Source: a virus. From it: a stretch of 44,299 nt of DNA. The notes below the pieces were generated by a model that ran no database searches, was not told the origin of the DNA, and saw only the letters and a list, made by a program, of their open reading frames with translations. Made by a program: the position numbers and the translations under genes. This document shows, one piece after another, positions 40,114 to 44,299 of this stretch. The DNA is taken from positions 1-44,299 of the IMG/VR virus record IMGVR_UViG_3300015203_000006. One strand, written 5' to 3'. Numbering within the stretch: position 1 is the first letter of the stretch; each line of letters starts with the position of its first letter.

Positions 40114-40388
40114 AGCCGGTCACCTACCGGTGCGTCTTCGAGGCCGCGCCAGCCGTCGTCGGGTTCGTCGGCGCCGTCGTACCATCCGCCGTCGGAGAAC
40201 CGCTGCTCCACCTGGCCGAGGGTGTCGAGCAGGACGTCGAGGTCGACCGGCAGAGCCCCTCCGAGTGCGACGCGGGCGGCGTCAGCCAGTGCCTCGACGT
40301 CGACGATCAAATCGGTGGGATCTAGCTGCTGACTGCCGTCGAGGTGACGGAGGAGGTCAAGGACCGAGTTCGCCTCACGCGAGGTCAT
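40110..40388 (-). CDS. Hypothetical acidic protein, 92 aa
   Basis: ORF-track ORF with ATGA-type overlaps at both ends. Confidence 0.65.
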   Translation of the reverse strand: MTSREANSVLDLLRHLDGSQQLDPTDLIVDVEALADAARVALGGALPVDLDVLLDTLGQVEQRFSDGGWYDGADEPDDGWRGLEDAPVGDRL

Positions 40389-40543
40389 GACGCACCACCG
40401 GGGATGGTGCGGCCATACACAACCGTCGCGTAAACAGTGTTCTCTAAGGTCGGCGTCAGCAACGGCGAGTCTGGGTAGTCGAACATGTCTTGGACGAGCC
40501 GTTCAGCCTCGGTGTCGTCCTCGATCCGGAGCAGCACGAACAT
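40385..40543 (-). CDS. Small hypothetical protein, 52 aa
   Basis: The track ORF 40385..40588 is trimmed to the ATG at 40543, 2 nt after the upstream stop. Sequence: MFVLLRIEDDTEAERLVQDMFDYPDSPLL... Confidence 0.5.
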   Translation of the reverse strand: MFVLLRIEDDTEAERLVQDMFDYPDSPLLTPTLENTVYATVVYGRTIPGGAS

Positions 40544-40545
40544 GG

Positions 40546-40782
40546 TCACAACGCACCACCCACCCGCGCCGGCCCCTGAACCCGGCAACAGCTGCTACAG
40601 ACCCAGACGGGCTCAGGGACCGCGGCCGTACCCACGTCAACCCGGTCCCACCCGTGGTCGACACAGGGGCAACCCTCGTGGGTTTCCCGCCAGTCCGCTT
40701 CCCTGATGCAGCGACCGCAGTCGAGCCAGTCATGGGGCTGGTTGTGGCTGGGCCAGTGGGCGGGGAATTGGTACTCGCTCAT
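40546..40782 (-). CDS. Cys-rich small protein, 78 aa (7 Cys)
   Basis: The track ORF 40546..40866 is trimmed to the ATG at 40782 (ATGA overlap). Sequence: MSEYQFPAHW...DCGRC...GCPC...VCSSCC. Confidence 0.6.
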   Translation of the reverse strand: MSEYQFPAHWPSHNQPHDWLDCGRCIREADWRETHEGCPCVDHGWDRVDVGTAAVPEPVWVCSSCCRVQGPARVGGAL

Positions 40783-41156
40783 GACGACGCCACAGCCTTG
40801 TGTTCGCGTGCCGCGCAGGGGCAGGGAACCTCGATGTCGTCGTCGGCCAGCACTGTCTCGGTGCACCCGGCGTGCTTGTTTTGCTCACAGTCAGGGCAGT
40901 CGCGGGCGGTCATGGCTTTGGCCTCTTGCGCCTTGACGATGACTGCGCACGAGGGGCAGAAGTAGCACAACCACAACGGGACACTCACCGTGCCCTTGGT
41001 GTCCTCCGTGGCTGGGGTGACATACCAGCCGTTCCGCTTCGTGCCTACGACGGACCAGTTGGTTCGGCCTGCCTCGATCGAGTTCGGGCATCCACGCTGA
41101 GTCGGGTATCCCTCGCAGACGATCTCGGCGTCGTTGCGTTGGTCGGTGGCGCTCAT
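40779..41156 (-). CDS. Cys-rich protein, 125 aa (10 Cys)
   Basis: ORF-track ORF. Cys pairs: CEGYPTQRGC, CYFCPSC, CPDC...GC, CPC. Confidence 0.65.
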   Translation of the reverse strand: MSATDQRNDAEIVCEGYPTQRGCPNSIEAGRTNWSVVGTKRNGWYVTPATEDTKGTVSVPLWLCYFCPSCAVIVKAQEAKAMTARDCPDCEQNKHAGCTETVLADDDIEVPCPCAAREHKAVASS

Positions 41157-41383
41157 GACCGGTCCCTGTTCCAGGGGTGGCCCAGTTCCTCCACGCCACG
41201 GCCGATCCTGTCCACCAGTTCCAGGTCTGCGGGGTTGGTCGCAGCGCTGCCCACCTGGGAGCCGTAGCGCACGAACACGTACCGGTCATTGACGCTGGTA
41301 ATCACGCCCTGGTCGAGTGGCTGGCCTGGTCTGCGGTAGACCACGAGCAGGCCGATGGAAGCGCGCGCCTCGTCCAGTTTCAT
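41153..41383 (-). CDS. Small beta-rich (SH3/Tudor-like) protein, 76 aa
   Basis: The track ORF 41153..41413 is trimmed to the ATG at 41383, which overlaps the stop of the 37-aa ORF (ATGA). Sequence: MKLDEARASIGLLVVYRRPGQPLDQGVITSVNDRYVFVRYG. Confidence 0.6.
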   Translation of the reverse strand: MKLDEARASIGLLVVYRRPGQPLDQGVITSVNDRYVFVRYGSQVGSAATNPADLELVDRIGRGVEELGHPWNRDRS

Positions 41384-41493
41384 TGGAGGTTCACCCAGCC
41401 TTCCGCCGAGCACCCGACGCAGTGAGCCAAGTCATGCGTCAGACCGCGCGTGACCCGGACCGGGCCGCCAGTGCATCCGAGGAAATGCGTCAT
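41380..41493 (-). CDS. Small ORF, 37 aa
   Basis: Not in the ORF track. ATGA overlaps at both ends. Peptide: MTHFLGCTGGPVRVTRGLTHDLAHCVGCSAEGWVNLQ. Confidence 0.5.
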   Translation of the reverse strand: MTHFLGCTGGPVRVTRGLTHDLAHCVGCSAEGWVNLQ

Positions 41494-42269
41494 GACCCCT
41501 CCTCCATCGGAGGCTCGGGAGGGAAAGGGTTCTCGATGAGGTTCTTCAGCTCGTTCAGGACCTTCGACGCATCCGCGACGGTGAGGTCCTTCGTGGACGC
41601 CACGGGCCGGTCGAGGACTTCGGCGATGAACGCGAGCCCTGCGACCCGCTCTCCGAGCCCGGCCTCGTTCAAGCTCGCGTGCAAAGCCTTCATCTGGTTC
41701 CCGACCGGGTCGATCAGGTCGAGCGGAGACGGGTCCTCGGGAGCTACCTTGGGAGCAGCGGGATCTACCCGTTTGCGGCTCATGGTCCGGGTCGCCACCG
41801 GCGCCGGTTTCTCCTTGACGGGCTGCTCAGGCTCCGTGCCGCGCTCGGTGTCCATCGCGTGCAGGTCTTCCTTCGCCCAGAGATCCAGGGCCACACCGAA
41901 GCGCATGGCAGCGTTACGGATCGCGTCGCCGATGCACTCCTTGAGACTCATGCCGTCACCAACACCGATGCGGGTAACCCCGGCCACGGTGAGACGGATC
42001 CACAGGTTGCGATTCTGGTCGAGCAGCGGCAACCCGTTCGTGTCCAGCGCGAAGGGTTCCCATGACCAGTCCGGGTCTACCTGGAGCAGCCGGTCACTTG
42101 CCGCCGCATGCCCGACGTAATCGAGGTGAACAGCGGGCATCCCGTGATAGCCCTTGCACTCCTTGCATTGGCTCTTGGGTGAGTCCTTCTTGTAGGGCTT
42201 CGGGAGTTTCCCAATAGCACTAGGCGGGAAGGGTTTACGAAGCGCCGCTGCTTGCTCGGGTGTCATCAC
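41490..42269 (-). CDS. Rad52/Sak-like single-strand annealing protein, 259 aa
   Basis: LRKPFPPSAIGKLPK...HLDYVGHAAASDRLLQVDPDWSWEP...IRLTVAGVTRIGVGDG...ECIGDAIRNAAMRFGVALDLW matches the Rad52-family pattern. It lies next to the exonuclease. Confidence 0.7.
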   Translation of the reverse strand: MMTPEQAAALRKPFPPSAIGKLPKPYKKDSPKSQCKECKGYHGMPAVHLDYVGHAAASDRLLQVDPDWSWEPFALDTNGLPLLDQNRNLWIRLTVAGVTRIGVGDGMSLKECIGDAIRNAAMRFGVALDLWAKEDLHAMDTERGTEPEQPVKEKPAPVATRTMSRKRVDPAAPKVAPEDPSPLDLIDPVGNQMKALHASLNEAGLGERVAGLAFIAEVLDRPVASTKDLTVADASKVLNELKNLIENPFPPEPPMEEGS

Positions 42270-42433
42270 TGGCCTGCCAGGTTCTCGAGGTCGGCTTGTC
42301 CGGCTTGGAGGTCAGACAGGAGCGTGATCAGGTCGGACTCGTCTAGCTCAATGCCGGGATAGCCGCGACCCTCGTGGGGGTGGTACACCGTGACGGTCCC
42401 GTCCTCGCGGTCAATGGCGTAGCTCAGGGTCAT
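42266..42433 (-). CDS. Small ORF, 55 aa
   Basis: Not in the ORF track. It overlaps the exonuclease stop and the annealing-protein start by 1-4 nt. Peptide: MTLSYAIDREDGTVTVYHPHEGRGYPGIELDESDLITLLSDLQAGQADLENLAGQ. Confidence 0.55.
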   Translation of the reverse strand: MTLSYAIDREDGTVTVYHPHEGRGYPGIELDESDLITLLSDLQAGQADLENLAGQ

Positions 42434-43281
42434 CACGTCACGTCCTTGACATGGGCTGCGCCGACATACCCGGAGCCAGGTACTTTCCAGTTGCCCTCAG
42501 CGCGCTTGTTGATGTCGAACGCCCTACGGATCACAAGGAACTCGTCGTAGATGTCCGGGCCGAACGGCAACGGGTGAACTGAGTAGCCGTCGTCACGAAT
42601 GTGGACCCCGTAGGCGGCCTCGATACCAACATCGGCCATCGGGGACTCCTGGCCGTTCTCGCCCGTGAACTCGGCGTGGGCGTAGGCGTTGAGCTGGAAC
42701 ACGGCACTGGTGTAGATGGACTTGCCCGATTTCCAGTCGAAGATGGCTCGGCCCTTGAACGGTGCCCCGAACTGTGTGGCCCACGCCGGTGCGGTGCAGT
42801 CCGCGACGAGGTCGAGCTTGCCCGCCCACTTGTGCTCGCGGGACCCCACAACAGCCTCGACAAGAACGGGGTGGATGTCCCAGTCCTCCATGAATGCCAG
42901 TGCGGACTCGACCATGCCGACCTGCTCGGGTGGCACCTCGACTTTTTCGCCGTTGACGATGCGTTCGGCGAAGTCGTGGAACGTGGTGCCGCGCGCCCCT
43001 GCGTCGTCCCTGTGCTGCCATGGCATGGCTTTGAGGAACTGAATGACTGGCTCACGGCCGCCGAGCTCGTTCATCATGTCGACCAAGCTCGGGTTGTCGG
43101 CGACGAACTCGGCGACCATGCCGGCGGCCCACTTCGGGATGGCTGGTTTGTCGAGGACGCCGAGGATCGTGGTCACTCCTGGCACCCAGTCGGTAGCTGG
43201 CTCACCGGGAGCAGACGACAGCTTGTAACGATGTGACTTCTCAAAAAAGACCAGCCCGGTGGCCTTCGCTTTGGCAGCCAT
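42433..43281 (-). CDS. PD-(D/E)XK (Cas4/RecB-like) exonuclease, 282 aa
   Basis: The track ORF 42433..43293 is trimmed to the ATG at 43281 (TAATG overlap). Starts FEKSHRYKL. Motifs GTTFHDFAE and GKLDLVAD...AIFDWKSGK (D...D-x-K). QLNAYAH is typical of phage Cas4-family exonucleases. Confidence 0.8.
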   Translation of the reverse strand: MAAKAKATGLVFFEKSHRYKLSSAPGEPATDWVPGVTTILGVLDKPAIPKWAAGMVAEFVADNPSLVDMMNELGGREPVIQFLKAMPWQHRDDAGARGTTFHDFAERIVNGEKVEVPPEQVGMVESALAFMEDWDIHPVLVEAVVGSREHKWAGKLDLVADCTAPAWATQFGAPFKGRAIFDWKSGKSIYTSAVFQLNAYAHAEFTGENGQESPMADVGIEAAYGVHIRDDGYSVHPLPFGPDIYDEFLVIRRAFDINKRAEGNWKVPGSGYVGAAHVKDVT

Positions 43282-43562
43282 TATGCGACCCACCGCTGGG
43301 CTTGCTGCTGGATCCGCGCTGAGTGGTCCGCGCAGACGTAGAGGACCCGGTCGGGTCGGGCCGCGGCGTACACCGATGTGACGGGTTGGTGGCAGCTGGT
43401 GATGTCGCAGGTCTGCCCGGCCGGTTGGGTGTTGTGCCGGGTGGTGTCGGCGCGGTTGCCGCGGACCCGTTGGACGACCCAGATGGCGGCGGCGGTGAGG
43501 GTGGCGATGACGGCGGGGGTCCAGCCGATCCAGTCGGTGACCATGCCGGGCGCGGGACTCAT
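43281..43562 (-). CDS. Membrane protein, 93 aa (one TM)
   Basis: ORF-track ORF. TM segment is WTPAVIATLTAAAIWVV. ATGA overlap upstream. Confidence 0.65.
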   Translation of the reverse strand: MSPAPGMVTDWIGWTPAVIATLTAAAIWVVQRVRGNRADTTRHNTQPAGQTCDITSCHQPVTSVYAAARPDRVLYVCADHSARIQQQAQRWVA

Positions 43563-43924
43563 GACGGGTCCTCGTCGTCGTTCATGGTGCTACTGAGTGC
43601 GTACATCCAGACCCAAGAACTCCCGTCGACATAGAGCCGAGGGAAGTCCCAGATGTTCTGCTCGGGCCGGTCCACAAACCGAACCTGTTCGATCGGCAGC
43701 CCGGGCATCTCGATCTCGTGAGTCTCGCCATCTGCTGCGATCTGGTAGATCCATCGGCCGTCGCGCTCGGGAACCTGTGAGGAGTTGATGCCGTCGAGCA
43801 TCCGAACGGTCTTCGCGCGACCTGTCGCCATGAGATCGAGGGCGAACCGCGCGATATTGGCGTCGGCGTTCTCGCGAGTGGCGCCACGCACCGGACCACT
43901 GCCGGGGTTGATGAAGATGGTCAT
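43559..43924 (-). CDS. Hypothetical protein, 121 aa
   Basis: ORF-track ORF. The ATG at 43924 overlaps the TGA of the repeat-protein gene (ATGA). Confidence 0.7.
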   Translation of the reverse strand: MTIFINPGSGPVRGATRENADANIARFALDLMATGRAKTVRMLDGINSSQVPERDGRWIYQIAADGETHEIEMPGLPIEQVRFVDRPEQNIWDFPRLYVDGSSWVWMYALSSTMNDDEDPS

Positions 43925-44299
43925 GGGGTCACCGCTGACGGGTTGATCATCTTGTCGAGCAGGGTCAGCGCTGATTCTTGGAGGGTGGTGACGGTCGGCG
44001 CCAGAGCGTCCCTGGCAGCGTCCCTGGCAGCGGCCCCGGCAGCGGCCCAGGTAGCGTCCCAGGCAGCGTCCCTGGCAGCGTCCCTGGCAGCGTCCCCGGC
44101 AGCGGCCCAGGTAGCGTCCCAGGCAGCGTCCCTGGCAGCGTCCCTGGCAGCGTCCCTGGCAGCGTCCCCGGCAGCGGCCCAGGTAGCGGCCCAGGCAGCG
44201 TCCCTGGCAGCGTCCCTGGCAGCGGCCCCGGCAGCGGCCCAGGTAGCGTCCCAGGCAGCGTCCCTGGCAGCGTCCCTGGCAGCGTCCCTGGCAGCGGCC
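43921..44299 (-). CDS. Tetrapeptide-repeat protein: repeat tract plus C-terminal tail (open at window end)
   Basis: Manual translation in the same unit register as 1..291: ...([24 protein letters not shown])n ALAPTVTTLQESALTLLDKMINPSAVTP, with stop TGA at 43923..43921. Not in the ORF track because it is open-ended. Confidence 0.75.
   Translation of the reverse strand, partial: AAARDAARDAARDAAWDATWAAAGAAARDAARDAAWAATWAAAGDAARDAARDAARDAAWDATWAAAGDAARDAARDAAWDATWAAAGAAARDAARDALAPTVTTLQESALTLLDKMINPSAVTP
44009..44299. repeat. Tandem 12-nt repeat array, 24 units (window-end copy)
   Basis: Unit order is AABCDAAECDAAAECFAABCDAAA + gcc, with F=gcccaggcagcg. It differs from 1..291 at only three single nucleotides (units 8, 16 and 17). 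The last 27 nt are identical to the first 27 nt of the window. Confidence 0.97.

Noticed and set aside
1-44299. The terminal direct repeats might be the physical DTR of a linear phage genome, or the LTR/IS ends of a mobile element.
   Set aside because: The repeats lie in the middle of one gene. Joining the ends restores a complete ORF in frame. The packaging module, with a probable cos site, is about 15 kb away. An assembly or circular junction is the simpler explanation.

Overview
This window looks like a complete or nearly complete genome (about 44 kb) of a temperate, siphovirus-type phage of a high-GC actinobacterium. It is presented circularly permuted. Both window ends (1..291 and 44009..44299) are near-identical copies of a 24-unit, 12-nt tandem repeat that lies in frame inside one minus-strand gene.

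I support about 80 protein genes. All but four are on the minus strand. They are tightly packed, and most junctions are ATGA/GTGA/TGATG start-stop overlaps.

Gene order on the minus strand, in descending coordinates:
- Early operon, running 3266 down to 1, then wrapping from 44299 down to about 30350. It encodes a Cro-like HTH protein, DNA-binding proteins, the tetrapeptide-repeat protein, a PD-(D/E)XK exonuclease, a Rad52-like annealing protein, several Cys-rich small proteins, multi-HTH proteins, a RepA-like AAA ATPase, RusA and a PAPS-reductase-like protein. Four paralogous free-standing HNH endonucleases are scattered through it.
- Packaging and head genes (30051..21878): terminase-associated HNH, TerS, TerL, portal, MuF-like protein, scaffold, decoration protein, major capsid and connectors.
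- Tail genes (21540..8201): terminator, major tail protein, G/G-T chaperones with a CCCAAAA -1 slip site, a 1412-aa tape measure protein and seven minor tail/fibre proteins.
- An extended lysis region (8119..5255): amidase endolysin, a LuxR-type regulator and the holin.

The plus strand carries only an XRE-type repressor, a tyrosine integrase and a lipoprotein (3358..5041), plus one opposite-strand DUF2510-like moron (30097..30336). I recognised no rRNA, tRNA or CRISPR array.

Observations most worth a second look:
- The repressor and the integrase both end in ssrA-like Ala-Ala tags and leave no room for a conventional attP. This suggests integration-dependent immunity.
- The tetrapeptide-repeat gene has an unresolved repeat copy number.
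- There are five HNH genes in one genome.
- A LuxR-type solo regulator sits between the endolysin and the holin.
- An iteron/palindrome cluster lies inside the RepA-like gene and is a candidate origin of replication.
- 26-bp direct repeats bracket a two-gene cassette.

All functional calls come from motif recognition by eye. No database search was run.
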